This document shows positions 30,684 through 44,206 of a stretch of DNA of 64,000 nucleotides, one piece after another (within the stretch, counting starts at the first letter, position 1; each line of letters starts with the position of its first letter). The stretch is from assembly GCA_964016885.1 (NCBI GenBank), contig OZ024756.1, forward strand, positions 33,666,001 through 33,730,000. Reading direction: 5' to 3'. Origin of the DNA: Eledone cirrhosa. Its lineage: Eukaryota. Position numbers and translations under genes: made by a program. Under the pieces are notes generated by a model, which ran no database searches, was not told the origin of the DNA, and was given only the letters and a program-made list of their open reading frames with translations.

Positions 30684-30880
30684 TATTGGTTGGGCGTCGG
30701 ACCACATGCTTTGTGGCATAAAGTTAACGGCCCTTTACGTTCTGAGTTCAAATTCTGCCGAGGTTAGTTTTGTCTTTCATCCCTACGGCGTCGGTAAATA
30801 AAGCACCACTTATGTACTGGGGTCGATTTAATCAACTTCCCCTCCTCAAAATATTGTTAGTCTTGTGATGAAATCATTAT
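30678..30880 (+). mobile_element. SINE family A-related copy contiguous with the minisatellite
   Basis: TGGCAGTATTGGTTGGGCGTCGGACCACATGCTTTG...GAGTTCAAATTC (30744-30755)...GTACTGGGGTCGATTTAATCAAC. Confidence 0.85.
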
Positions 30881-31998
30881 ATTCTATGTATGTTTATAAG
30901 ACCTATTTGTTGATGATAATTAAATTAGACCAATTAAATAGAACAGGAAAAGCAGTATGTTTAGTTAATACAAATCATCTCACCTGCATTTCATTTTGAA
31001 ATGTGGACGATTGACATATACGAAATGAGATGAAATCTCTTCCCAGTAGACAAGAACCTACATTGTTCATAATAACCAACATTTGATGTGAATCGAGCTT
31101 TGTCATACATATAGACGACTAAACTATTAACACTTACGCACTCTCCTATATTCTGTTGTTGATAAATCATGTCTCCCATATTCTGGGAATATAATGTATA
31201 ATTTACATTTCAAAACAACCGCTCCTGTAATATATAGATTTCTGACATAGCCTTGGGGTCACATTATTTTGCTAAGATGTTACAGTTGATTATATTTCCC
31301 TCGGTATATCATTTCTACATAATTCATTGTCGCCATGAAGATAAAAGATACAATGTACCTCGGCGCCATATGAACTCATGAATATAGAGAGGAACGTACG
31401 TTAATACCGCAAAGTATTGTGTATTGATGTCATAACAATCCTGACAGAAGCACAACACATTTTAGCGTACGCATTGAATCAATATTTCGGACAATACTAA
31501 AAACGATCAATGTACAAAAGCGGATTAAAACGTATTCTTGCTTTTGTGTATCACCATTAAGTTTTAAGTATATGTTTAGTTCGGTAAACATTGTGCAGTA
31601 GGTTGTGTTGTTTGTATGTCTGTTTGTTTTTTATTCAAATATATTGTCACTAGGAGACAATCAATGGCGTTTGCTTGATAAATATTCAAATCTGATGAAA
31701 TTGTATATAGTAAATAATGAAATAGTTACTGTGCAAAAATCTCATATTATTTATAAGTTTCTTTCAGGGAAAGTCCTATGAATTTTACCAATACTCATAG
31801 TCAAGATGCGCAACGGTGAAGTTAGAAAAGAAAAGGAAACATATTATAGAAAAGGATCTACCTAGAATTTTTGGAATAAAGTTTTAGTGAATATATTTCA
31901 TCTGTAAACCATTATTATATAGTTGAAAATATATTTGTTTTCAGAAATAGAATGTTAACTGGGCGGTAAATGTTAGAAACATAATGATTTCTGAGTTA

Positions 31999-32105
31999 GA
32001 CACAGGGCCAATAGTTTTGGGGGGAGGGAGAAATTGATTAAATCGACTCCAGTACGTTATTTCTGCTTTATTTTATTGACCCCGTAACGATGAAAGGCAA
32101 AGCTA
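31999..32105 (-). mobile_element. SINE family A-related 3' fragment
   Basis: GATTAAATCGACTCCAGTAC...TTTTATTGACCCCGTAACGATGAAAGGCAAAG. Confidence 0.7.
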
Positions 32106-33070
32106 ATGTGTGTGTGTGTTAGCAAGCAACATGCCAACATCTTTGTTAGCATAATTTGAACATTTACCGTTCAATTCACATTGTCATAACTTTCAGATAA
32201 AATATGTTCTACACATTTACAAAACCCTCGACTACATTCTTGCCTTTCAATATCATTTCTCAGTGTTACTGATACCCTCAAAGGGTTGTTGCGTGTCCTG
32301 TCCTCTTTTGTGGACTTTGGTTTATAAGGAAGAATTCATGGTATAAGGGTATTGTAGTTGTTGCTATTTAACCACCGGTAACCAATCACGTATAACTATG
32401 ATTAGTTATATTCCAGCAGAGATCATCGCGCTTCTGTTAATTTTTATTCTCATCCTAGACTAGCGCTATACTATCTAATGTGTCGTTACATTATTTTAAG
32501 GGTGTATAGTAGAATTTGAAAGGGATATGGAGTGGGGTTTTTTCTGCTGGATTGAAGTACCTCGTTGACGCTCCTTGATATCTCTAGCTTCATATCTATA
32601 AAATTTGATTTATATAAGCTTGGTGATATATTCACATTGCTTGTTTAGATTACATTTACGTTTATCTTATTAAATGACTTCATTTTATTGTATTTTATTG
32701 TATTTTATTGTGTTTTATTATTGGGGAAGAATGAAAAATATTTCGCCTTATAATTTATGAAGTTTCATTGGCTAAACGACACTCACAACACGCATCAAAC
32801 TGTAGTGAGGTGTTATCTGGTATAGTTGTTATGTAGTTGTTGTTTTTGTTTGTTTGTTTTTTCTTGGCAGATATGATAAATAGTTAGGTAAAAGCAGAGG
32901 GAATTGTGGGGGAAAATAATGTAGTCATTACTGTGATGAACTAGTATTTATTGTAATTACAGCAGAGACAATATACCTATATAAACTGAATATGTTTTGG
33001 GAAATGAATGGCGTCCATCGTTGTTAATCTAGGTAATTCCAAAGAGATAATTACCAAATTATGTATATAC

Positions 33071-33146
<76 letters not shown>

Positions 33147-33602
33147 TATATACATATATATACACACATACAGGCACATGTATGTATTTATATATATACA
33201 TGTGCATCTGTGTGTGTATATATATGTATATAATATATATATATATATGGGGGGGTATGTGTATGTATTTTTATATATATATATGTATATATATATATGT
33301 ATACATATATATATATATATATGTATACATATATAGAGATAAAAAAATAGATTAATTGGTAAATAGAAAGGTACGTACATGTGTGTGTGTAGACAGAGGG
33401 GTGGTATAGAGAGAGATAGAGAGGGTGGAGAGTGAGAAAGGAGAGTGAGAAAGTGTGAGGCAGACCGTAGGCGTTCATAGAGAAGAATGCATCGATAGAT
33501 GGCGCTAAAATTATCAGGATTGAACTGTGTTTAGGGTTATATGATATATTGGTAGTAACTGTCTTTATATATTGGATAATTACTTTGATATGCTACTGTT
33601 TA

Positions 33603-33738
<136 letters not shown>

Positions 33739-33812
33739 GTGTGTGTGTGTGTGTATTACTGTGTATATATATATACGTATATATATGTGTGTGTGTGTAT
33801 AAGTATAATTAT

Positions 33813-33856
<44 letters not shown>

Positions 33857-33858
<2 letters not shown>

Positions 33859-33972
33859 CGGAGGAAATGTGGTAAGGAACCAGGTGGACCATAACGCACC
33901 AAAGTACTCAATACTTAGGGTAGTAGAGTGGGTAATAGGAACGAGTAGGACCCCGTCGGGGTCCTACTCGTT

Positions 33973-33975
<3 letters not shown>
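33857..33975. mobile_element. Family F hairpin element in (TA)n (short palindrome form)
   Basis: Ends in ATAGGAACGAGTAGGACCCCGTCGGGGTCCTACTCGTTCCTAT, a near-perfect palindrome. Confidence 0.9.
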
Positions 33976-34062
<87 letters not shown>

Positions 34063-34779
34063 CAGAGATATATAAATATATAGATATATAGATATATTTA
34101 TAGAGAGAGAGAAAGAGAGAGTAAGACGCAGTGAGAGATTACAACATAGATAGTTATATGTATGTGAATATGCGTATGTGTCTGTTCGTAAGTTTATATA
34201 TATCTGCGTGTAGACTAATATTATATTTCTTTCTCTTTATAACATAGATGCTAACAATAAATCACACTAACATAAGATATTAAATGGGCATCACATCCAA
34301 TATTATTAATGTTTTTCAGAATATTCCTGAAAACACGTTGCGTTATTGACAGTCGCTTCAACTGTGAGATCAAATTCTTCATGTATAGTTTTCACATTAT
34401 AAAACAGACTATAATCTACGCTCTTAAGTTTATGTTTTTTCTTGGTTGTGTTTCGTTTCGTTTGCGTTTCGTTTTTTGTTTATGTTTTAGTTTATGTTTT
34501 TTGTAGAATTCCCATGTGTAATATTACTACATCATTGCAACACTCAATCATAATTCTTTTAGTTATTTTTCTTTACGTCAACGGCAAATTATATATCAAA
34601 AACACTTTTTAGTTCTGTGAAAGAAAATGGAGTATATATGAAAATGATCTAAAACAATACACGTGCATTAGACAGGTGTCGTTAGGTACAGAAATAGTAA
34701 TGTTTTAGTTATTTTTTACTGAAACAATGAATTGAAATACATTGTGAGTTTATAAGTATATTGCTGATATTTTAAAGGT

Positions 34780-35070
34780 CTGTCGCTTCGTGGGTAACGT
34801 GTTCAGAACACGATCGTACTGTCGTAGATTTAGCTAACAATGGCGTATTGTGTCCTGAAGCAAGATGCTTATTTCATGTTGCACCAATGTTTTCAGCTGG
34901 TAAAAATGAGTTTTACATGTAATTCGAATGACCAGCATTGACACATATTTTGTCAGATTGAATCTTTAATGGAACTTCTTTAAATGTATATGATCCGGTG
35001 TAAATTTGCACGTTGATTCTGTTGTTTGAACAAGTGGAACACATGTTGACGTTACGGATGGAGATACATT
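34780..35070 (+). mobile_element. SINE family C (old)
   Basis: TTGTGTCCTGAAGCAAGATGCTTATTTCATGTTGC...CAGCTGGTAAAAATGAGT...TTGCACGTTGATT. Confidence 0.55.
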
Positions 35071-36092
35071 ACAAACATATCTACATTTCGGCATCCATCC
35101 ATCTATCTATCCATACAGTCCATCCTACCAGAAAATATTTCCTTCGGGATTCTTTAACTATAATTAAAAATATATAGACCTGTTAAGTGAAAGGAGATCA
35201 TCCTCTCCGAACCAGCATGGAGTAAAATATTCCATGCATGTGTAGATCGACTAACAAAGTAAATGTTTGTATATCAAATACAAAGTAACGAGTCTAAATT
35301 GCCACTACAAATAGCAGTCAATATCAACAGTATATCAACTCTAAATTTAAAGAGTAGCGAATAGCATATATAAGTAAATTCATCAGCAATATACATAACA
35401 TTTCAATGAGAAGGTCACTAAAATATATCTAATTCAGAGAAGTATTTGCATATAAAACATCTACCAAATCAGTGACGGGTACAATTAACCCCAGTAACAA
35501 CAACATCAGACTCCTGAAACTCTGGACTCAAGTGTGTTGGGAATTCTCAACCTCTGCTTCATATTTTTAACCCTGTTTACCCGTTTTTTGTATTAACCAT
35601 GTAGGGGGGGGGGGATATTTTCCATTATTTTACCTAGTCCGGTTTTATCTACTGCATCTGCAGCTGTTTCTCACTTTTCTCTTTCCTTAAGTATATTTCA
35701 GATTGTCTTGCACTTGTTGGCCTCTTTGAAGACACCGTATATATATTTTCTCTGTTCTCTGTGTTTTGTGGCTAATTATATTATCTTTACATTATATTTT
35801 ATGATATATTTTTTGTTTAGTCCTAAGTAGTATACTTCTTAAATGTTTTCAAACTTCGTAACTTACCAACCACCTTGTATTTATAGGTATTCATGGGAAA
35901 TATATGTCTGGTGTAAAATTATAATATGATTATCACCCTTATCTCAAATATTATTGGTGCTGTTGTCGTTGTTCTTGTTATTATTAATGTTGTTATTATT
36001 AACGTCGTTATTACTTATGTACAACAATTCATGTATGGAAGTATGCTTCGAAGTATATATATATGCTTATAAATATATGTATACATAAATAT

Positions 36093-36246
36093 AGAAGATC
36101 CCGTTAAGGGTGAAAGCAGCGATTCTTTGCTTAAACTTTAATCTGTCATTTTAATAAATATTTGCTCTACGGTTCTTATATATTTGATATATATTTATCC
36201 TTATCGAGCTCTCTTTGGATTTTAGTCTTCAAATTTATTATTATTA
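36093..36246 (+). mobile_element. Family G element (degenerate hammerhead-like head)
   Basis: AGAAGA-TCCCGTTAAGGGT-GAAA-GCAGC...TTTATCCTTATCGAGCTCTCTTTGGATTTTAGTCTTCA, with TA-rich flanks. Confidence 0.75.
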
Positions 36247-36307
36247 TATATAGAGAGAGATAGATAGATAGATATATATATTTACATATATATATATATA
36301 TACATAC

Positions 36308-36338
<31 letters not shown>

Positions 36339-36433
36339 CATATATATATACATATATATATAATTGAATATACAAGAGAGATAAACACAAATATAAAGTA
36401 AGAAACTATTTTGAGTTTCTAACTCAATATCTG

Positions 36434-36505
<72 letters not shown>

Positions 36506-36796
36506 TATATTATATTATATTATATTATATTATATTATATACATACATTCATACTTAGGTTTATATATATATTCTAAACGAAACGGAAACAACAAAGTAA
36601 ATAACACAGTACGATAAAGAAGTATATTTGTTTGACGGTTGATATAGTATGGAAATGTTCACGCTGTGTTGGCTTGTTGAAAAATAATTAATTATCCATG
36701 TGAGATCAAATCTGTGTCTGTGTTGTATGTAGGTGTGTGAGTTATGTATGTATTTAAGTGTGTACATATATATACATACATGTATATATACACGCG

Positions 36797-36848
<52 letters not shown>

Positions 36849-36859
36849 CGCGCACACAC

Positions 36860-36913
<54 letters not shown>

Positions 36914-36916
<3 letters not shown>

Positions 36917-37106
36917 AACCATGTAAGACCCCGACAGCTGAGCTCAAGCCGTTTCGACGGCTAATTCTGTCCAGAATTAGCCGTCGAAACGGCTTGAGCT
37001 CAGCTGTCGGGGTCTTACTGGTTCCTATTACCCACTCTACTACCTCAAGTATTGAGTACTTTGGTGCGTTATGGTCCACCTGGTTCCTTACCACATTTCC
37101 TTCGTT
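36914..37106. mobile_element. Family F hairpin element in (TA)n (opposite orientation)
   Basis: 47-bp arms GTAAGACCCCGACAGCTG...TAATTCTG / CAGAATTA...GGGTCTTAC with a 2-nt loop, plus the ~80-bp family tail. Confidence 0.92.
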
Positions 37107-37209
37107 ATATATATATAATATATATACGTGTGTGTGTAGATGTCTATTGATACACACTCGTGCATATACATATGTATATAAGTTTATATATATATATTAT
37201 ATATACACA

Positions 37210-37242
<33 letters not shown>

Positions 37243-37245
<3 letters not shown>

Positions 37246-37299
37246 TTCAGAATTAGCCGTCGAAACGGCTTGAGCTCAGCCGTCGGGGTCCTACTCGTT

Positions 37300-37302
<3 letters not shown>
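37243..37302 (+). mobile_element. Family F solo short arm in (TA)n
   Basis: GAGTTCAGAATTAGCCGTCGAAACGGCTTGAGCTCAGCCGTCGGGGTCCTACTCGTTCCT. Confidence 0.9.
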
Positions 37303-37355
<53 letters not shown>

Positions 37356-38316
37356 CATATATGCATACACACACTTACATATATATATATGTGTATATTT
37401 ATTCGTTTTTGTGTATGGGTCTTTATGTGTACATATGTGTGTGTGTCTGTCTCTGTGTGTATTTGTGTGTGTCTGTGTGTATGAGAACGTTTGTGTCTGT
37501 ATGTATGTGTGTGTGTGTGTGTGTGTGTGTATGTCTGTGTGTACTTGTGTACATTTGTCATGTTTGATCTTTGTTTCTTGTTCTCAATCACATTATTCTA
37601 TAATATCATTGTGTCACCTCTATTTTCATTAACTCATTTAATCATTTACTTTTCTTTAGTCTTTTACATATTCTTGGAAACACATTTCTAATATGTTTTC
37701 TGTATTTTACATTGTATTATTTCATTTCAAAGAAATAAAGGTTTTTAATGTTTATTGTTTGATCTTTCAAATGTACTCAGCAAACTTGAATTTCATAGAA
37801 ATTTACATTCTTTTAATCATACTCACAAAACACAGAATCTTCTACATTTGTTTATACGACTTTTATACGTTCCATTCGTTTATTTGTTAAGTTCTAGAAA
37901 TGAAATTAATTCTTTATGATACTTCATTATGAATGTGACTGTATATACAGTTCTGTTACAAATGACCTTTTGAAGTATACCAACAAGATTTCTACTACAC
38001 AATATCATATAATGATGCAGAATGTCTTATAATTATGTTAATTGGTATGTCACGAACACCATTGCAGATTATTAACTTTTAAAAAAAAAGAAATATCGAA
38101 ATGAATTTTTGTTTTTTTATATGTTACGATCCTGGAGATGTTGATACTGCCATATATGGAGGTATATGATGAATAACTTTACACAAAAATCCTTCGAATA
38201 TTAAGTTAGAAATAAAAGAGTGCGCATGCAGAGTAATGTTCTCACGACACGAATCACACTCCAAGGTAACAAATATAGGATTGTCTTTCCATCAAACTGG
38301 ATTTAATGACGACATA

Positions 38317-38368
<52 letters not shown>

Positions 38369-38371
<3 letters not shown>

Positions 38372-38600
38372 ATAATATTAAATTTGAAGACTAAAATCCA
38401 AAGAGGGCTCGATAAGGATAAATATATATCAAATATATAAGAACCGTAGAGCAAATATTTATTAAAATAACAGATTAAAGTTTAAGCAAAGAATCGCTGC
38501 TTTCACCCTTAACGGTTTTTTAACGGGATCTTCTGAAACTAACAAAGTCAATCTGTGAAGGCAGAAGTGAATATTTCAAAAAACGTCGCAACCGGAGGAA
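38369..38600 (-). mobile_element. Family G element
   Basis: Reverse complement of 36093-36246 with a small TTAACGG duplication; extends further 5' as in 42115-42235. Confidence 0.8.
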
Positions 38601-38619
38601 GACAGGAAGACGATACTTT

Positions 38620-39011
38620 GGTTCGTGGAAACGTTCCCTGGCAAAGAACGGGAAAAACGAAGATAATACGTCATCATTATTTGGAGCTGTGTTAACTTTG
38701 CCTTTCATCCTTACGGGGTCGATAAAATAAAGTACCAGTAATGTACTGGGTAATTGCTGGCCTTGTGCCTAAAGTAGAAACAATTATTTGGAGCTGTGTA
38801 AAACAATTACACGCAAAGACAGAACCACGTCTATGGTATAAAAGAAGTCGTAGACTAATGTTCTCTTAGGTGGTTCATAGAGACGTTCTCTGGCAATGAA
38901 CAGAAAAAACGAAGATAATACGTCATATGTGGATCAGGGAGAACAATTGCACGCAAAGACAAAATCACGTAAATGGTATAGATGAAGTCGTAGACTAAAA
39001 TTCTAACTAGG
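38620..39011 (+). repeat. Diverged ~140-bp tandem duplication, first copy interrupted by a SINE
   Basis: AAAAACGAAGATAATACGTCAT, ACAATT.CACGCAAAGACA and GAAGTCGTAGACTAA each occur twice. Confidence 0.8.
38691..38787 (+). mobile_element. SINE family A, 5'-truncated, 17-bp TSD
   Basis: TSD ATTATTTGGAGCTGTGT at 38676-38692 and 38783-38799. Confidence 0.93.
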
Positions 39012-39805
39012 AAACCGAATGATTCTCGGCTTCAGAGTTAAGAATAAAGTAAATAAAATACAATACAGAGGTAATAGAAATTAAATAAATACATACACGC
39101 ATCCATAAACGTACATACACAAGCATACGCGAAAGCACTCACCATAGGTATACAAATACACGCACGTACACAAAAATAAAAAATATATATATATATATAT
39201 TTATATATGTGTGTGTATATGTGTGTGTGTCTGTGTGTGTGTGTGTCTGTCTGTCTGTGTCTGTGTGTGTCTGTGTGTGTCTGTGCAAATGGTTTCAGTT
39301 GCTCCGATCATTCTCTGTCTAAGCTGTTAGAAGACGACTTTGAGCATATAAAGATAGACGTCCATGTGTCTACCTGAAAAGAGAAAAAATGTGCAACTGT
39401 TGTAGTGTTGAACCCAAACATGATATAATACATACATCAATTGTAAACGCAATGTTCTAAACACCTTCACCAAGTACAAACCACTACCTCCTTACGGACA
39501 ACTGATACTGCACACCAAGTCGGAACAAGGAAGAGCGATTCTTGGAGAGTTTGCCCTCCTCAGAGACAACAGCTATATATTGGAGTTAGAATGTATTCGT
39601 TTCATAGCAACTACATGCAATAAACTTCTTACCATAGCATTTCTTCGATCTGTTTCTTTTACGTTTGACTATTTTATCGATCTTTACGTATTATAAGAAA
39701 TTTAATATCAGTAATATGTATTGGATAAATTTATTTCAATAGAACACTTAATCGGAATTTGGCCTTGTACCAAGAATTTAAATAAACCAATATTAATTAT
39801 CATTA

Positions 39806-40009
39806 GGATTGGCAGTATCGGTTGAGGGTCGGACGCCATGCTTTCCAGCATAGTTACGTCCCTTTACGATCTGAGTTCAAATCCTGCCGAGGTTGACTTT
39901 GCCTTTCATCCTTACGGGGTCGATAAAATAAAGTACCAGTAATGCACTGGGGTAATTGCTGGCCTTGTGTCAAAAATAGAAACATTATTATTATTATTAT
40001 TATTATTAT
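39806..40009 (+). mobile_element. SINE family A with (TTA)n tail
   Basis: Matches the family consensus. An extra copy of the 3'-terminal ~35 bp lies at 40068-40103. Confidence 0.92.
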
Positions 40010-41124
40010 CTTTTTATCATCATATTTATAGTTTTTTTATTTGTTTGCTTGCTTAGATATCTTTGTATTTGCTGGCCCTGTGCCAAACGTAGAAACAATT
40101 ATTAGGAATGCCAATGTATAAAGGTGCATCATTCTGAGTCGGGCCTATACTTTGTGAATATTACTGAAAGATCAATAAAATAAATAGCCATAATATATTG
40201 ATTCAATCGACTGTAATATACTTTACCTAATTAAGATTGGATACATTTCTAATCAAAATACATTGACACTCATTACACTATTAGTATGTTCTGCTGTATC
40301 TTGAACTTAAATATAATATGAATACATCCGCCAAAAATTGTGTTGGTAGCCATTTTAGAATAAAAGCAAAGAGTAGATGAGATCTAGCCAGTTGGAGAAC
40401 AATTCAATATTAATTTTGCTGCCAAATTTTATAGACATTCAAAAGTAGTGATCGGTTTTTGTTATGTAGCCAATACTTAACATTGATCAAGGGTTGTAAT
40501 TTATAAAGCGGTTCACTAGTAATTATCAGATATTAAGCTTTTCAAAATTAGTGTTTATAAGTTTTCAATATCCCATATATATTTCGAGTTTAGTTTTCTT
40601 TCTCAATATAACGACAACCCAGTGACTGGAATTTGTAAAATGTTATGGAGGACTGATTAATGTATCTGCCCTTCCTCATGTTGAACACAATTTATATCAA
40701 TCTTAAACGATTCAGTCCGGATAATATGTTAGTCGAGACCATCTTTGTGTTCGTATTAGTACATTGTTGGGGCTCTTCATTCATCTCCGGTTGTAAAACC
40801 TTAGATACATCATAAGTGTTGTATCCTGGATGTTTTGGGCCTCACAACATAAACTCTCGTCCAGCTAACCTAACCGAATACACACACACACATATATATA
40901 TATATATGTATGAATGAAGTAATTCCGTCGGAAAAGTCCAGAAAAAAGAGTGCTCTATGTAGGTAACAGAGCTTAATAGTTATATAATAAACAACATAAG
41001 GCAATTATTTCATTTACCAGTGGTTTCTTAAAAGCAAAAAAAATGTTGCTTTCAATCATCAGAATGAAAAAATCCTGGCGTATTTATTGACTTTGGATTT
41101 TATTGCCTTATGTTGTTTATTACA

Positions 41125-41172
<48 letters not shown>

Positions 41173-41376
41173 AATCTTTTCCTGAGTTCAACCATTCTCG
41201 TTGCTCTGGTAATGCGACTGGACTGCTGATCGCTATATTTGATTTGCTAAGCTGTCTAAACGTATTGTTATTACTCTGGGGTACTATTCCCATTCGAGTG
41301 CTAAAGCCACATACCGAATTTGCATTCGTTAGCTTGGCCGCAGACTAAAGCTTCGTTAATGCTGTACTAAAATGCG

Positions 41377-41410
<34 letters not shown>

Positions 41411-41885
41411 CGTATATGTATGTGTGTGTGTGTTGTGTGTGCGTGTATCTATATATGTATATATATATATATATATATATTTATGTATACTCTTTTACTC
41501 TTTTGCCTGTTCCAGCCATCTGGCTGAGGCCATGATGGGTATATATATATATATATATACATACATACACACACATATATATATGGGGGGGGGGGTGCAT
41601 GCTGTTTATATTGTGTCCGAGATTTACCTGTTTGGCATTTGAGGTTCCATAGAATATATAACACCCTTGAAAAGATAAGAACATGGATCACTAAGATCGA
41701 CTTAAACCTCTTGAAGGTGATGTTACTGTATAGCCAAGTCTAATAACTGAAACCACTAAAGTAGTGGGCGAAAAAAAGAATACAACTGCCTATAATTATC
41801 TCCCTTATCAGAATCAATGGGATTATATGGATAACTTCAGCTTTAAATAGCAGCTACACAGACGTGACTTTATTTTTAGTGAATA

Positions 41886-42031
41886 CTAGCCGAATGGCCC
41901 GGCGTTGCTCGGGATTTTCTCTAGGGTTCTTATATTTTTATATATATTTATCCTTATCGAATCTCGTGAAATAAATACGTTTGCTTATATTTTTGTTATT
42001 GTGTATACAAAAATATCTGTACACGAATATA

Positions 42032-42121
<90 letters not shown>

Positions 42122-42240
42122 TAACAGATTAAAGTTTAACCAAAGAATCACTGCTTTCACCCTTAACGGGATCTTCTGAAACTAAAAAAAATCAATCTGT
42201 GAACGGAGAAGTAAATATTTCGAAAAACGTTACACAGTAC

Positions 42241-42306
<66 letters not shown>

Positions 42307-42611
42307 ATACATATATACACACACACAGCGTCATAATGTCGTAATGCAGACAGCCAGACATATAGACTGATATTATAAGGGCGCGACGTCGTAGCTATGT
42401 ATCTATCTAAAAAGAAAGACTAAGAATTATAGAGATAGATCGCTAAATCGCCTAATGCGGTTCCTAGGGCATTGAAAATTTGAGATTCTTTTGCTCAAAA
42501 CACTCACACGACCATAAGTATTACATGTGTAAAGTTTGAAAAAAAATAGGTTGGGTGCTTCTCGATTTTTAGGGAGTCAGACAAATGGACAGACAGATTT
42601 AGATATATAGA
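41886..42611 (-). mobile_element. Non-autonomous Helitron-like element
   Basis: Minus strand begins A|TC at 42611 and ends CTAG|T at 41886, with a subterminal GC hairpin CCCGAGCAACGCCGGG (41898-41913) and (CTGT)n near the 5' end. Contains family G pieces (41918-41962, 42115-42235). Confidence 0.7.
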
Positions 42612-43550
42612 TATTCTACCAGATATCATACTGTTTCTAATATGTCATCTAACGTACGCATATTCTTATGTTTTGTACAAGGAATATTCTCATAAAAGAT
42701 ATGTAAAATCGACGCTGCTAATAATTTTAAATCTAGCTGAATTTAAGGTAAATCTCAAAAGGATAATATATTTAGATGATATTATTCTACTGCAAATCTG
42801 ACACCATAAAACCAATTAATTTCTCTTGGGAGGCATTATCGATTTATTTTCGGATATATCTCATATTTTATGAAAGCACGTAAGTGAAAATTCATATTAA
42901 ATTTAATTCTAAATAGAATCGAAAACAAACAAGTCCCAAATACGTTTCACAAAACGTTACGCTCATATTTGCAATGATTATATATACTTAATGATTTACA
43001 AGCCTTTAGAGACTCTGAAAAAATAGAAAGTAAAACATAATCTTCAAGAAACATGGCGTGACGCTGTGAAAACATGACAATCAATGCGAAATTCATGGTG
43101 AAATCAAACTCTTTAAATTCGTCGCAATAATGCTAACTAAAAAGTCAATTATGGGAGAGTAGTCCATAGATAATCGTTTCTGAAATATTGATTTTTTGTA
43201 ATAATTAGTTTTTATCTGATATGTTTGTACCTAAATTAGGTTTTTCTTTATCTTTTTTGTATCAGGTATCTTTTAAACAAAGAATACAACGATCTCTTCC
43301 GGCATGTGAAACATGAACAATGTTTCTATTCAACACTGATATGAAGCAAGATGTGTCTTTGTTTATAAACACTTTTATTTCTAAATGATACTAGATGATA
43401 CTTTCATCATTCGTAAAAAAAACAACGAAATATATAAATGAACATAGGTTTATAGATGATGTAGATGTAGTTAATTTAAGAAACTTCAGTGCTTCAGTCT
43501 CGAATTTCATTTCTTGTAGAAGATATGGCGGTACAAGCAGGGATGAACTC

Positions 43551-43770
43551 TATAGATAATGAATGCAACCACAAGGATATGGTTCGAATGTGGAAGAGCC
43601 GAACTCCCACTGTCATCGCCTCCATTTCTCTCGCCATACTCATCTCTCTTTATGGTGAGAAAAAGGGGTCCCACGTGCTGGCCTCCCCACAGCCCCAGTG
43701 GACAGAATGGAGAAGATGTTTCCCCGGAGGATGGTAAGGGAGATGCGCTGGAAGAGCCATTCCATCCCGC
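43551..43770 (-). mobile_element. 3' end of a CRE-like non-LTR retrotransposon
   Basis: Minus strand encodes MEWLFQRISLTILRGNIFSILSTG...-stop, matching the LFQRISxxIxRGN C-terminal motif of RLE-type elements. Second copy at 13416. Confidence 0.65.
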
Positions 43771-44129
43771 AATATAAACACTGTTGGCTGCTTCCAACAT
43801 GAACAAATCATGATAGCTGGGAAATATGTCCCTTAACATTTCCTGAAATATATTTCAATATAATCAAGAATCTGGAGGGGGATTTAATAATTTGTTATTT
43901 ATTTGGTTCCTGGAATATAACTATTCATATTTAGATTGATAGTAAAATGTTGTAGGTTCAGTTTTGTTACAAATATATAAAAACATTTTAATCCTGTTGG
44001 TATGATTAATTAAAACAAAAATACTTATCAATGAAATTTAGTGAACCTGCTATGATAAAAAGAGTCACAGTTGTATAATTTGATAGGTGGGCATGGGAAA
44101 ATATCTTCTAGAAAAGTCTTTCGGTAGTA

Positions 44130-44206
44130 CAGGGTGTTGCAGAAAAACCTCCCATATTTTATACGATCAACCATTAAAATGTGGGAAGTATTTTTGTCGC
44201 ACTCTG
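44130..44206. mobile_element. Tiny Tc1/mariner-type MITE
   Basis: TA|CAGGGTG...CACTCTG|TA with imperfect ~31-bp TIRs (AAAAACCTCCCATATTTT / AAAATGTGGGAAGTATTTTT). Confidence 0.65.

Noticed and set aside
28120-30721. 861-aa (TTRPPMSLIP)n mucin-like ORF on the minus strand and 854-aa (GGLVVGIRDI)n ORF on the plus strand
   Set aside because: A 30-nt unit without stops in one frame per strand yields these automatically. There is no signal peptide or unique domain, a 4-bp frameshifting insertion lies at ~28131, and both ends merge into SINE sequence. RNA-seq or proteomic support would be needed to revive either ORF.
30991-31179. Possible Tc1/mariner transposase remnant (YDKARF...QCRF)
   Set aside because: Similarity is too faint, and no TIRs or further motifs were seen.
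31770-31875. Possible Penelope GIY-YIG C-terminal remnant (ILPILIV...RKEKETYY)
   Set aside because: Short, frameshifted and without an adjacent terminal repeat; not supportable without an HMM search.
37241-37302. Family F arm as a complete hammerhead
   Set aside because: ATGA...CGAAACGGCTT is suggestive, but no copy shows CTGA plus a paired stem II, so it is reported only as a hairpin element.
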